Below are positions 28,287 through 37,723 of a stretch of DNA of 64,000 nt, one piece after another. Position numbers and translations under genes: made by a program. Each line of letters begins with the position of its first letter. Position 1 is the first letter of the stretch. Under the pieces are notes generated by a model. It made no database searches. It saw only the letters and a program-made list of their open reading frames with translations, and was not told the origin of the DNA. Origin of the DNA: an uncultured Anaerolineales bacterium (GTDB lineage Bacteria; Chloroflexota; Anaerolineae; Anaerolineales; UBA11858); the NCBI GenBank assembly GCA_964419495.1, contig CAYQQX010000007.1, positions 919-64,918 of the forward strand. The letters run 5' to 3'.

Positions 28287-29249
28287 ATGGAAGAACTATC
28301 TGTTGTAATCCCTGTCTATAATGAGAGTGAGAGCCTGCATAAACTGCACGAGGCTCTTCACAAAGCATTAGGCACTATTAATATGCCTTGGGAAATCGTT
28401 TATGTTGATGATGGCAGCATTGATGGAAGTGTACAAGTGCTCGAAGAGTTAGCTGATCAGGATCAAGAACATACCCGTGTGATCGCCCTGCGACGAAATT
28501 TTGGCCAGACAGCGGCCATCGCTGCCGGAATTGATAACACCCACGGTGATATTATTGTCTTGATGGATGCCGATATGCAGAATGACCCTGCCGATATTCC
28601 TATGATGATTGAGAAAATGGGAGAAGGCTATGATGTGGTCAGTGGTTGGCGGGTACGGCGCAAAGACACATTTATCACGCGCACATTGCCCTCTCGGATT
28701 GCTAACTGGCTGATCTCATGGGTTACTGGAGTCAAACTGCGCGACTATGGCTGCACGTTGAAAGCCTATCGACGTGAAGTCATCACCGGCTTTCGACTCT
28801 ATGGTGAGATGCACCGCTTCATACCAGCTTATGCTGGATACGTTGGTGCGCGCATCATCGAGATCCCTGTGCAGCATCACCCCCGGGAACACGGAAAAAC
28901 CAAATATGGCCTGGAACGTATTGTAAAAGTAATCCTCGATCTGCTAACGGTTAAATTTCTGATCAGTTATGGGCACAAACCCAATTACCTCTTTGGTGGT
29001 CCTGGGATGGCGATGATGGGTTTGGGCACCTTGTTGTTAGCATTTCTTGTGGTGCGACGTGTTGTCACTTTGATTTCGGTTTTCGAATCGCCCTTTTTTC
29101 CAGTTAGCCTGATGCTCATGTATATGGGTTTCCAGTCGATCTTGATGGGTTTGTTGGCTGAATTGCAGGTGCGCACCTATCACGAGGCGCAGCAAAAACC
29201 CACCTACACGGTTCGCCAGGTGATCAACACCTCGTCCGATGAAGAGTGA
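28287..29249 (+). CDS. GT2 polyprenol-phosphate glycosyltransferase (ArnC/GtrB/DPM-synthase-like)
   Basis: VIPVYNE, VDDGSID, RRNFGQTAA, MDADMQNDP, YGEMHRFIP, two C-terminal TM helices. Confidence 0.88.
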   Translation: MEELSVVIPVYNESESLHKLHEALHKALGTINMPWEIVYVDDGSIDGSVQVLEELADQDQEHTRVIALRRNFGQTAAIAAGIDNTHGDIIVLMDADMQNDPADIPMMIEKMGEGYDVVSGWRVRRKDTFITRTLPSRIANWLISWVTGVKLRDYGCTLKAYRREVITGFRLYGEMHRFIPAYAGYVGARIIEIPVQHHPREHGKTKYGLERIVKVILDLLTVKFLISYGHKPNYLFGGPGMAMMGLGTLLLAFLVVRRVVTLISVFESPFFPVSLMLMYMGFQSILMGLLAELQVRTYHEAQQKPTYTVRQVINTSSDEE

Positions 29250-30183
29250 TCTTACGGAAGACACCAAGACAACTTCATATCTGCGCTGGGGGGGGACGCT
29301 CTTAGCGATCGCGCTGTTGGTATATTTGTTTAGCAGGCAGGGGTGGGGAGAGATTTTTGGTGCCATTGGCCAAATTCCCGTAGGCTTTATCATAATCGCA
29401 TTCGTGCTTACGATCGTTTCTCGTTTGGCAGTTGCAGGACGTTGGCATGCCTTGTTGGCAGTTACCGATATGGATGTCACCTGGTGGCAGACTCTGCAGC
29501 TGACCTTCGCAGGATTATTTGCTTCAAATTTTTTACCCACAACTGTGGGTGGTGATGTAGTACGCCTGGCCGGGGCCGTGCAGATGAAGTTCGATAGCGC
29601 GATTAGCACAGCTTCATTAGTAGTTGACCGCCTGGTTGGATTGTTTGGCATGGCGCTGGCAGTGCCGCTTGGCGCGGGACCTTTATGGGTTTGGTTGGTG
29701 ACCGCTCAGGGATGGAGAGACGCTTTTTCTACAGGATATGCTCTCCCCTTAGTGATCCAGAAGATAACAAAACGTGTCAAAGAATTGTTTCGCCGTTTGT
29801 TGAAGTCGTTCTCGCTTTGGAAAGACCATCCAACATCCTTGTTGATTTCTCTGGGAATGACAATGCTGCATATGTTCTGTTTGTACCTTTCCCTTGCCCT
29901 AATGCTCAATGGCCTGGATGATCCCATGCCCATCTGGTTGATTGGTGGCCTATGGAGTTTTGTTTACCTGGTAACCTTGTTGCCAATTTCTATCAATGGT
30001 TATGGGGTTCAAGAAATCTCCTTGACCTTGATCTTCACCAACGTCGGCGGAATTTCACTGAAAAGTGGTTTGACAATCGCCTTGCTGATTCGGACCTTGC
30101 AAATGGTTGCAAGCTTGCCAGGTGCAGCCTTCGTACCTTCTATCATAGTCGGACTTCGTAAGGATGATAGAAAAAATGACTGA
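29239..30183 (+). CDS. Lysylphosphatidylglycerol-synthase TM-domain (flippase-type) protein 2
   Basis: GRWHALL, GLFASNFLPTTVGGD, LVVDR, LPISINGYGVQE. Confidence 0.85.
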   Translation: MKSDLTEDTKTTSYLRWGGTLLAIALLVYLFSRQGWGEIFGAIGQIPVGFIIIAFVLTIVSRLAVAGRWHALLAVTDMDVTWWQTLQLTFAGLFASNFLPTTVGGDVVRLAGAVQMKFDSAISTASLVVDRLVGLFGMALAVPLGAGPLWVWLVTAQGWRDAFSTGYALPLVIQKITKRVKELFRRLLKSFSLWKDHPTSLLISLGMTMLHMFCLYLSLALMLNGLDDPMPIWLIGGLWSFVYLVTLLPISINGYGVQEISLTLIFTNVGGISLKSGLTIALLIRTLQMVASLPGAAFVPSIIVGLRKDDRKND

Positions 30184-32227
30184 TCATTCACATCTCAACG
30201 ATGATTTTAATACGATGCTGGAGCCAGCAAAACCCATTAGGGATTTGCGATGGGTTTTGGGTATATTTATTGTCTTATTTCTTGGTTCTGCATACCAGAT
30301 TGCTCAGCAGGTATTAGCTGTCGGTGTGACCTTTACGCCCCGGGCACAGCGCTGGCTTATTGTCATTGGACTGGTCGGAATTGCCCTATTTGACCTGGGA
30401 TTACTCGCAGCTTCTTGGACGAACTGGGGGAAGAGCCTAAGCCTAAAGTTGATCCAGTTCCCTGAGTTTTTGCTTCGCTTCCGGGGGTTATCCTGGCTAT
30501 TATTAGCCCTGGTAGTAATCGGCTTCCCAATTCTTGTCCTGGGTTTTATGGGCGATCTTCTGATTGACCCCTTCCCGAGGCTTTTGGTTTTCGGTGTTTT
30601 CGTAATCATAGGCGCGATTTCTCTGAAAACTCTATTCCCAAAAATTCCATCCAGGGGAGCGGGAATCGGCATAGGCTTGATCATCGCTTTTGTTTATCAT
30701 ATGGCGACCTTATTAGTTCAAGTCACTGACTATCCTTTTTCCTTGAGTTGGTCGGAAACCAGCCGCTATTATTTGGGCTCTTTATTCGCTGCTGAGAAAA
30801 TCTATGGCATGCAGGTGCCGCCCTCGGTGCTGCACCCAACCCGATATTTGATGCAAGCGATCCCGTTTTTTGTGAACGATATTCCACTATGGGGGCACCG
30901 TCTCTGGCAAATGCTTGTATGGATCATCTTCACAGTTTGGGCGGGATATTTGCTTGCTCGTCGACTAGAACTGAACAGCAAATACGTCACCATACTAATT
31001 TCGCTTTGGGTTTATCTTTCTTTATTCCAAGGGCCAGTTTATTATCACTTGCTGGTCCCCGTGATCATTATCCTGGGGTGGTTTGATTCTCAGAAGTTCT
31101 GGCGCAACTTGGTTTTAGTGATCCTGGCTTCTGCATGGGCAGGGATCAGTCGAGTAAATTGGTATCCTGTTCCTGCCATGTTGGCGGCGGTATTGTATAT
31201 CTTGGAAAAGAAGCAAGGTGACGAAACCCTTTGGAAGTATCTGATCCAGCCTGCCATCTGGGGAATCATTGGAGTGGGGGTGGCTTTTGGTTCGCAAACT
31301 CTATATATGCTGACATCGGGCCACGACCCTGAATTGTTTACATCTAGCTTTTCATCAGATCTATTGTGGTACCGCTTGTTCCCCAACGTCACCTATCCTC
31401 TGGGAATTTTATTCAATGTGTTAATTGTCTCATTCCCGTTGTTATGGATCGTTTTAGCGCAATCTTTCGATGACCGTCAAAACTGGTCTATCATGCGTGT
31501 GATTGTACAATGGGCGGCAATCTTGGTACTGTTAGCTGGTGGATTAGTGGTTAGCGTTAAAATTGGCGGGGGTAGTAACCTTCATAACGTTGATGCATAC
31601 CTTGTTGTATTGATTGTGATTGTGGGGTACATCTATTTCCGCCGTTATACTGGTGAGTCGGAAAAAACTGATATTTTAAAGAAATCCTGGCCTGGTACTC
31701 TTTTCCTGGTAGCAATACCAGTTTATTTTGCGACAGTTTCAGGGGGACCGCTGGAATTGCCTGATTCGAGAATCGTGGCTGCTTCTCTAGATGCTGTTCA
31801 TCAGCATGTCAATTATGCAGCCAGCGATGGTGAAGATATTCTATTCATATCGCAGCGTCATCTCCTACATTTTGATGACCGGGTTGAACTTGCGTTAATC
31901 CCTGAATATGAGAAGGTATTCTTCATGGAAATGATCATGGCGAGGAATCCAACTTATTTGAGTGACTTCTATGTAGATCTGCAATCTCAGCGTTTTGCCG
32001 CCATCGTCTCAGACCAAGTCGTAGAACGTTACAAGGATCGTGATGAAGCCTGGTCAGAAGAGCATAATGTCTGGGCGCAATTTGTTTCTAGGCCGCTGTT
32101 GTGCTACTATCAACCTCGCCTGACTCTCAGAGTAGTACAAGCTCAAATCCTGTTTCCCAGGACAAACGTAGAGAACTGTCCAGCAATTTCAGAGAATCAG
32201 CAAATTTTGGCTGAGATCTCCCCATAA
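30164..32227 (+). CDS. Large polytopic membrane protein, probable GT-C fold
   Basis: More than 12 TM segments; SLSWSETSRY and HPTRYL in the first large external loop; soluble C-terminal domain; alternative start 30176. Confidence 0.55.
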   Translation: MIEKMTDHSHLNDDFNTMLEPAKPIRDLRWVLGIFIVLFLGSAYQIAQQVLAVGVTFTPRAQRWLIVIGLVGIALFDLGLLAASWTNWGKSLSLKLIQFPEFLLRFRGLSWLLLALVVIGFPILVLGFMGDLLIDPFPRLLVFGVFVIIGAISLKTLFPKIPSRGAGIGIGLIIAFVYHMATLLVQVTDYPFSLSWSETSRYYLGSLFAAEKIYGMQVPPSVLHPTRYLMQAIPFFVNDIPLWGHRLWQMLVWIIFTVWAGYLLARRLELNSKYVTILISLWVYLSLFQGPVYYHLLVPVIIILGWFDSQKFWRNLVLVILASAWAGISRVNWYPVPAMLAAVLYILEKKQGDETLWKYLIQPAIWGIIGVGVAFGSQTLYMLTSGHDPELFTSSFSSDLLWYRLFPNVTYPLGILFNVLIVSFPLLWIVLAQSFDDRQNWSIMRVIVQWAAILVLLAGGLVVSVKIGGGSNLHNVDAYLVVLIVIVGYIYFRRYTGESEKTDILKKSWPGTLFLVAIPVYFATVSGGPLELPDSRIVAASLDAVHQHVNYAASDGEDILFISQRHLLHFDDRVELALIPEYEKVFFMEMIMARNPTYLSDFYVDLQSQRFAAIVSDQVVERYKDRDEAWSEEHNVWAQFVSRPLLCYYQPRLTLRVVQAQILFPRTNVENCPAISENQQILAEISP

Positions 32228-32254
32228 TTTCCTTGTATCATCCATTAAATTCAA

Positions 32255-33391
32255 ATGCGCATACTAATCATCAACAGTGAATATCCACCCATTGGTGGAG
32301 GTGCTGGGAATGCCAGTGCAAACATTGCTCGCGAACTCGTAAGGCTTGGACAAGAAGTCACCGTACTGACCGCCCATTTTGGGAATTTGCCGCGCGCATC
32401 AAATCTGGATGGCGTGCAAGTTTTGCGCATCAAGGCGATGCGACGCCATTTGGATCGCTCTAGTGCAATCGAACAGATCGTTTTCATGATTGCCAGCAGT
32501 TTTTACACCTTGAATTTGATTCGAAAATGGCGACCTGATGTGGTTATAGCGTTTTTTGGCGTTCCTAGCGGAGCCGCGGCTTGGTGTGCCAATTTAATTT
32601 CCGGTATCCCTTACTACATTTCACTTCGCGGCGGTGATGTTCCTGGATTTAGGCCTTATGATTTTGCTCTATACCATAAACTCATCGCGCCTTTGCTGCG
32701 CAGTATTTGGAGGCGCTCATTAGGGTTGGTGGCCAATAGTTCAGGGTTGAGAGATTTAGCGGCTGCCTTTGATAAAGATGTGCCCATTCTAGTAATCCCA
32801 AATGGCGTCGATTTAGAACATTTTAAGCCGATGGATAGAGATTGGGAAAACCCGCAGATTCTCTTTGTGGGAAGGTTGGTATTCCAAAAAGGGTTAGATA
32901 TCTTATTTAAAGCTTTGAAGGATTTGAAAGATCAACCCTGGAAGTTAGCCGTAGTTGGGGATGGCCCAGAGCGCGAAACTTTGCAGTCGATGGTTCAAGC
33001 TTACGGTATCTCCGACCGGGTTAAGTTTGAGTGCTGGTTGGGTGGAAATGCCTTGTTACACCAACTTCAAAAAGCGAACTTGTTTGTTTTCCCATCAAGG
33101 CATGAAGGCATGCCTAACGCAGTTCTGGAAGCTATGGCCTGCGGTTTGCCAGTTATCGCTTCCCACATCGCTGGAAATGAAGAATTGGTGATCGATGGTG
33201 AGAATGGGTTATTAGTTCCAGCTGAAGACTCCATTGCCATGCGAGATGCCTTAAGCGAGTTGTTAGGAAACTCAAATAAGAGGCAACAAATGGGGGCTGC
33301 CAGCCGAAAAAGTATTGAAGCGAACTATTCTTGGAGTCAGATTGCGAAACAATACCTGACTTTGATTGAGAAAGGAAGCAGTAACCTGTAA
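32255..33391 (+). CDS. Glycosyltransferase family 4 (paralog of 24309)
   Basis: SEYPPIGGGAG, LRGGDVPG, IPNGVD, FVGRLVFQKG, HEGMPNAVLEAMACG. Confidence 0.9.
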   Translation: MRILIINSEYPPIGGGAGNASANIARELVRLGQEVTVLTAHFGNLPRASNLDGVQVLRIKAMRRHLDRSSAIEQIVFMIASSFYTLNLIRKWRPDVVIAFFGVPSGAAAWCANLISGIPYYISLRGGDVPGFRPYDFALYHKLIAPLLRSIWRRSLGLVANSSGLRDLAAAFDKDVPILVIPNGVDLEHFKPMDRDWENPQILFVGRLVFQKGLDILFKALKDLKDQPWKLAVVGDGPERETLQSMVQAYGISDRVKFECWLGGNALLHQLQKANLFVFPSRHEGMPNAVLEAMACGLPVIASHIAGNEELVIDGENGLLVPAEDSIAMRDALSELLGNSNKRQQMGAASRKSIEANYSWSQIAKQYLTLIEKGSSNL

Positions 33392-33410
33392 ATAGTAATC
33401 TATTTACTTG

Positions 33411-33515
33411 TTGATGTTACGCAACTTGCCGAGAATCTCCCTGGAATAGGGGGTGGGGGCTTTGGACCCCACCCCCTATTCCAGGAAAACCTCGCTACGT
33501 GTGCGTAACATGAGT
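33411..33515 (+). repeat. Conserved structured intergenic element, copy 2 (19-bp central hairpin)
   Basis: Outer perfect inverted repeat ATGTTACGCA (33414-33423)/TGCGTAACAT (33502-33511); inner stem 33440-33458/33467-33485. Confidence 0.92.
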
Positions 33516-33532
33516 TACTTATAAACTCTCCT

Positions 33533-35452
33533 ATGTGTGGAATATGTGGAATTACGCATCAAGATAGTCGCCCGGTAGATCGAGAATTGGTGCAGGCGAT
33601 GAATACGGCTATTACTCACCGCGGCCCAGATGGCGATGGATTTTATTTTGCGCCTGGAGTCGGATTGGCCATGCGGCGTCTGGCAGTAATTGATCTCAAT
33701 ACTGGGGATCAGCCAATCGCCAACGAAGATGAATCGGTGTGGATCGTTTTCAATGGAGAAATTTTCAATTTTCCATCCTTACGCGCAGATCTGGAAGCCC
33801 GAGGACACCATTTCCGCACGCAGACAGATACCGAGTGCATCGTTCATCTGTACGAAGATTTTGGTGACGATTGCATTCAACATTTGCGCGGGCAGTTTGC
33901 TTTTGCACTGTGGGATAGCAAAGAGCGGCGATTGCTCATTGCTCGTGATCGCTTCGGACAAAAACCACTTTACTACACATTGAGCGGCGATACGCTTTAT
34001 TTCAGTTCTGAATTATCCAGTCTGTTAGAAGCCCTACCCTCGCGGCCCAATATCCATCTCCCGGCGATTGACCTTTATCTTAGTTTGCAATATATTCCTG
34101 AACCGCTGACTCCTTATGAAGGGATATTCAAACTTCCAGCTGCGCACAAGTTAACATTTGAACGTGGACCCATTCGACACGATCTCCGATCGCAGGGCAA
34201 GCTGTTAAATGTTGAACGTTATTGGCAATTGGAATATGAACCAAAACTGACGGGATCAGAAGAAGATCTCATCGAAGAGCTGCGCGCCCGAATGCGGGAT
34301 GCCGTTGTGATGCGCATGATCAGCGATGTGCCCTTGGGAGCGCATCTCAGTGGTGGTATTGACTCTAGTGTCGTTGTGGCACTGATGGCGCAGGCCAGCT
34401 CACTGCCGGTGAAGACCTTTTCAGTTGGTTTCGAGGAAGCCTCGTTTTCGGAGCTGCCCTATGCCCAGGCTGTGGCGCAGCGTTATGCCACCGACCATCA
34501 AGAATTCACACTAACCTTTGGGGATATCCCCGCAACAATCTTAAAGTTGATCACCCATTTTGGTGAGCCGCTGGCTGATCCTTCGGCATTGCCGTTGTTT
34601 CATCTAGCGCGCTTGACCCGACAGCATGTCACTGTGGCTTTGAATGGAGATGGAGGGGATGAAGCCTTTGCAGGATATCATCGCTACTGGCTGGACCCAT
34701 GGGCTAATCGATATACTAAGTTGCCGGTGATCCTAACCGAAAAGCTGATTCCTGCTCTTACAAGCCTGCTACCGAACCGAAAAGATAGCCCGGTGGGGAG
34801 CAACTTGATTGATGGGCTCAAACGCCTTGAGCAGCTCGCAGCCATTGACGCGCGGGCCAGCATCCTGCGTTGGGGTTCCTATTTTTCTCCAGCTTTGAAG
34901 GCCAATCTCTGGCGTGATGAATTCCGTGCTCAATTTGGGAATCGCCCCGCGGAAACTTTTCTCGTCAACAAGTTTGAAGGTGCTTTCGCAGACTCTTTCA
35001 TCGATCGCACCCTTTTTGCAGATATTCATTCCTATTTGCCGGGAGATTTGCTGGTCAAAGCAGATCGCATGACCATGGCGCACTCATTGGAAGGCCGTTC
35101 ACCGTTCTTGGATCATGAACTGGCAAGCTGGGCAGCCCGTCTGCCAGAAAACATGAAAGTTCGCGGCCGTACAGGGAAATATATTCTGCGAAAGGCCTTT
35201 GCCAAGGATTTGCCACCACGCGTCCAAACCAGAGGCAAGCAGGGGTTTGGAATCCCCTTAGGGGACTGGTTCCGAGGACCGCTTGCTGAGTGGGCAAGCG
35301 ATGTTATTCTTGATCCCCAGAGTCGTTTGGATCAATGGCTTAAATCCTCTTCCCGCCAGCAGCTGTTGGATGAACACGCCTCTGGACGCGCCAATCATGG
35401 CAAACGGATTTATGCATTGCTTGTTTTGGGGCTTTGGGCTTCAGTAAATTAG
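33533..35452 (+). CDS. asnB: Asparagine synthase (glutamine-hydrolysing) family amidotransferase, glycan-associated
   Basis: MCGICG, HRGPDG, FNGEIFN, RDRFGQKPLYY, LSGGIDSS, LNGDGGDE, SLEGRSPFLD; probably a sugar amidotransferase rather than for Asn supply. Confidence 0.9.
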   Translation: MCGICGITHQDSRPVDRELVQAMNTAITHRGPDGDGFYFAPGVGLAMRRLAVIDLNTGDQPIANEDESVWIVFNGEIFNFPSLRADLEARGHHFRTQTDTECIVHLYEDFGDDCIQHLRGQFAFALWDSKERRLLIARDRFGQKPLYYTLSGDTLYFSSELSSLLEALPSRPNIHLPAIDLYLSLQYIPEPLTPYEGIFKLPAAHKLTFERGPIRHDLRSQGKLLNVERYWQLEYEPKLTGSEEDLIEELRARMRDAVVMRMISDVPLGAHLSGGIDSSVVVALMAQASSLPVKTFSVGFEEASFSELPYAQAVAQRYATDHQEFTLTFGDIPATILKLITHFGEPLADPSALPLFHLARLTRQHVTVALNGDGGDEAFAGYHRYWLDPWANRYTKLPVILTEKLIPALTSLLPNRKDSPVGSNLIDGLKRLEQLAAIDARASILRWGSYFSPALKANLWRDEFRAQFGNRPAETFLVNKFEGAFADSFIDRTLFADIHSYLPGDLLVKADRMTMAHSLEGRSPFLDHELASWAARLPENMKVRGRTGKYILRKAFAKDLPPRVQTRGKQGFGIPLGDWFRGPLAEWASDVILDPQSRLDQWLKSSSRQQLLDEHASGRANHGKRIYALLVLGLWASVN

Positions 35453-35488
35453 GGATTTAGCCCAAAGTATGGGCGGGAGCTGCCTTTC

Positions 35489-35517
35489 TTGACAAACCTG
35501 TATGATGGTGGCAAGAT
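35489..35517 (+). promoter_or_regulatory. Putative promoter upstream of wzm-1
   Basis: TTGACA (35489-35494)-N17 ending TGG-CAAGAT (35512-35517); -10 is imperfect. Confidence 0.45.
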
Positions 35518-35545
35518 TCTTTTGCCAAACTTAGATGGAAAAACC

Positions 35546-35572
35546 AAGTGGGTCACGTACCCACTTTTATTT
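35546..35572 (+). terminator. Intrinsic-terminator-like hairpin 30 nt before wzm-1
   Basis: AAGTGGGT-cacgt-ACCCACTT running into TTTTATTT. Confidence 0.6.
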
Positions 35573-35602
35573 CGCAATTTTGCCGAAATATTTTAAAGTA
35601 AC

Positions 35603-36460
35603 ATGACACGAGACCTAGTCGCGACAAAAAATAAAATCAAAACATTCAGAACACGGATCCAGCGATCAAGTGGTTGGTCTGCGCTTAATATTGTAGAGCT
35701 TTGGAAGTATCGGGATCTATTCTGGATTCTGGCAATGCGGGATGTGAAATTGCGCTATAAGCAAACCGCGCTGGGTGTCTCTTGGGTCATTATTCAGCCT
35801 ATTCTCACATCCGGTATTTTTGCTCTAATATTTGGTGTGCTGGCAGATCTGCCTTCAGATGATTCCCCATATTTGTTGTTTGCCTTTGCTGGTACTTTAC
35901 CTTGGACTTTGTTTGCTCAATCCCTCCAACGCGCCGGTAGTAGCCTGGTAGGCGGGCGGGAATTGATCGCCAAGGTTTATTTTCCTCGATTAATCTTGCC
36001 TATCGCAAGTTCCTTTTCTGTCGTCGTCGATTTTTTGGTGGGTTTGGCATCGATCAGTATATTGTTTATCATTTATAAGGTGCCCCTAACCTGGAATCTA
36101 CTGGCTATCCCAGGGTTAGTTTTAGCAAATCTTCTGATCGCCATTGGGGTGAGTTTCTGGATTTCGGCATTCAGTGTGCATTACCGAGATTTCATTTACG
36201 CGCTGCCATTTTTGGTACAGGCCTGGATGTATGCTTCCCCTGTAGCCTATGCCAGCAGCATCATACCAGACCAATGGATGGCAATTTATTCATTGAACCC
36301 AATGGTGGGGATCATCGAGGGCTTCCGTTGGGCCTTATTAGGGCAAGGTGAATTTTCCTGGATTTCCTTCGGGATATCGTTGGGGGTGGGAATCGTTGTC
36401 TTTGTATTCGGCGCTCTGGTTTTCCGCCGCATTGAGCGGGGATTTGCGGATGTGATTTGA
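35603..36460 (+). CDS. wzm: ABC-2 polysaccharide exporter permease (copy 1)
   Basis: RDVKLRYKQTALG, KVYFPR, YASPVAY, LNPMVGIIEGFR. Confidence 0.9.
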   Translation: MTRDLVATKNKIKTFRTRIQRSSGWSALNIVELWKYRDLFWILAMRDVKLRYKQTALGVSWVIIQPILTSGIFALIFGVLADLPSDDSPYLLFAFAGTLPWTLFAQSLQRAGSSLVGGRELIAKVYFPRLILPIASSFSVVVDFLVGLASISILFIIYKVPLTWNLLAIPGLVLANLLIAIGVSFWISAFSVHYRDFIYALPFLVQAWMYASPVAYASSIIPDQWMAIYSLNPMVGIIEGFRWALLGQGEFSWISFGISLGVGIVVFVFGALVFRRIERGFADVI

Positions 36461-37716
36461 TGAGAAATCAAGCAATCAGCCTTCAAAACATAAGTAAGGT
36501 GTACCGAATCGACCCGACTACGGGAGGAGTGGCTTCGAGAACCCTGCAGGAAGATCTTGTGCGTGTTGTTAAGAGTCCATTGCGCTTTGCCGCACCTTCA
36601 AAGAAACAGGAAGTATGGGCGTTAGATGATGTTTCCTTTGATGTAAATGAAGGCGAAGTCATTGGTTTGATTGGACGCAATGGGGCTGGCAAGAGTACGT
36701 TATTAAAAATCCTCTCTCGTATCACTGAGCCTACCTCAGGCTATGCTGATTTGAACGGTCGGGTGGGTGCTTTGTTAGAGGTGGGTACTGGTTTCCACAC
36801 AGAGCTGACTGGCCGAGAAAATATTTACTTGAGCGGGGCAATTTTGGGAATGAGAAGGTCAGAGATCAATCGAAAATTTGACCAAATTGTCGAATTCTCA
36901 GGCGTGAGCCAGTATATTGAGACACCCATCAAACGCTATTCAAGCGGAATGGCCGTTAGGTTGGCGTTTGCTGTCGCTGCACATCTCGAGCCAGAAATTC
37001 TGCTGGTAGATGAAGTGCTCGCGGTTGGTGATGCAGCTTTTCAGAAGAAATCTTTGGGAAAGATGTCCGAAGTTGCAGAGAGCGGCCGCACAATTATTTT
37101 TGTCAGCCACAATATGGGTGCGATAAAAAACCTTTGTACCCGCGCAGTGCTCCTTGATGATGGCAGAGTTCTGGCCGACGGTGATGTTGATGGCGTTGTC
37201 CAAGAGTATTTAGTCACTGCCAGCGAAAAAGGGGAATGGCATACAGACATTGCAAGCCGAACAGACCGGCAGGGAGATGGAAAGCTGCGTTTCACAGATT
37301 TCCAGCTATTGGGAGCAAATGGAGATGAGGTAGATGCAGCCATCGCTGGCGAATCGATTGATTTTGTGCTCCATTACCAACGCTATTCAGAGAAGATCCA
37401 GCATGGCAGAATCTATATCTGGTTGCGCGATGCATTTACGAAGGGGTTGCTCAGGTTCGGGACTGATCTTACGGGGCAGGATTTCGAGGATCTTCCCCCA
37501 GAAGGCAGAATTGTTTGTTCTGTGCCAAAATTCTCTCTACGGCCTGGACGATATTATGTTGATCTTGGAGCGGATATTGATGGAGTCAAAGCGGATAGAG
37601 TGATCCGAGCGGAGACATTGGATGTAATTGGTGGGGATTATTATGGAAGCGGCAAAGTTCCAACCCATCCTAATGATGGTGATCTATTGTGCGATCACTC
37701 ATGGAGTTTAGACTGA
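36460..37716 (+). CDS. wzt: ABC polysaccharide exporter ATPase with C-terminal Wzt_C domain (copy 1)
   Basis: GRNGAGKST, YSSGM, LLVDEVLAVGD, VSH, about 170-aa C-terminal extension. Confidence 0.92.
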   Translation: MRNQAISLQNISKVYRIDPTTGGVASRTLQEDLVRVVKSPLRFAAPSKKQEVWALDDVSFDVNEGEVIGLIGRNGAGKSTLLKILSRITEPTSGYADLNGRVGALLEVGTGFHTELTGRENIYLSGAILGMRRSEINRKFDQIVEFSGVSQYIETPIKRYSSGMAVRLAFAVAAHLEPEILLVDEVLAVGDAAFQKKSLGKMSEVAESGRTIIFVSHNMGAIKNLCTRAVLLDDGRVLADGDVDGVVQEYLVTASEKGEWHTDIASRTDRQGDGKLRFTDFQLLGANGDEVDAAIAGESIDFVLHYQRYSEKIQHGRIYIWLRDAFTKGLLRFGTDLTGQDFEDLPPEGRIVCSVPKFSLRPGRYYVDLGADIDGVKADRVIRAETLDVIGGDYYGSGKVPTHPNDGDLLCDHSWSLD

Positions 37717-37723
37717 GGGTGAG

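Noticed and set aside
29037-29651. 204-aa antisense ORF
   Set aside because: Shadow of two membrane-protein genes; Thr/Asn/Pro-rich composition typical of antisense frames of hydrophobic CDSs
33533-35452. asnB as housekeeping asparagine synthesis paired with the asparaginase at 4597
   Set aside because: 29 kb apart on opposite strands; asnB context is entirely glycan biosynthesis
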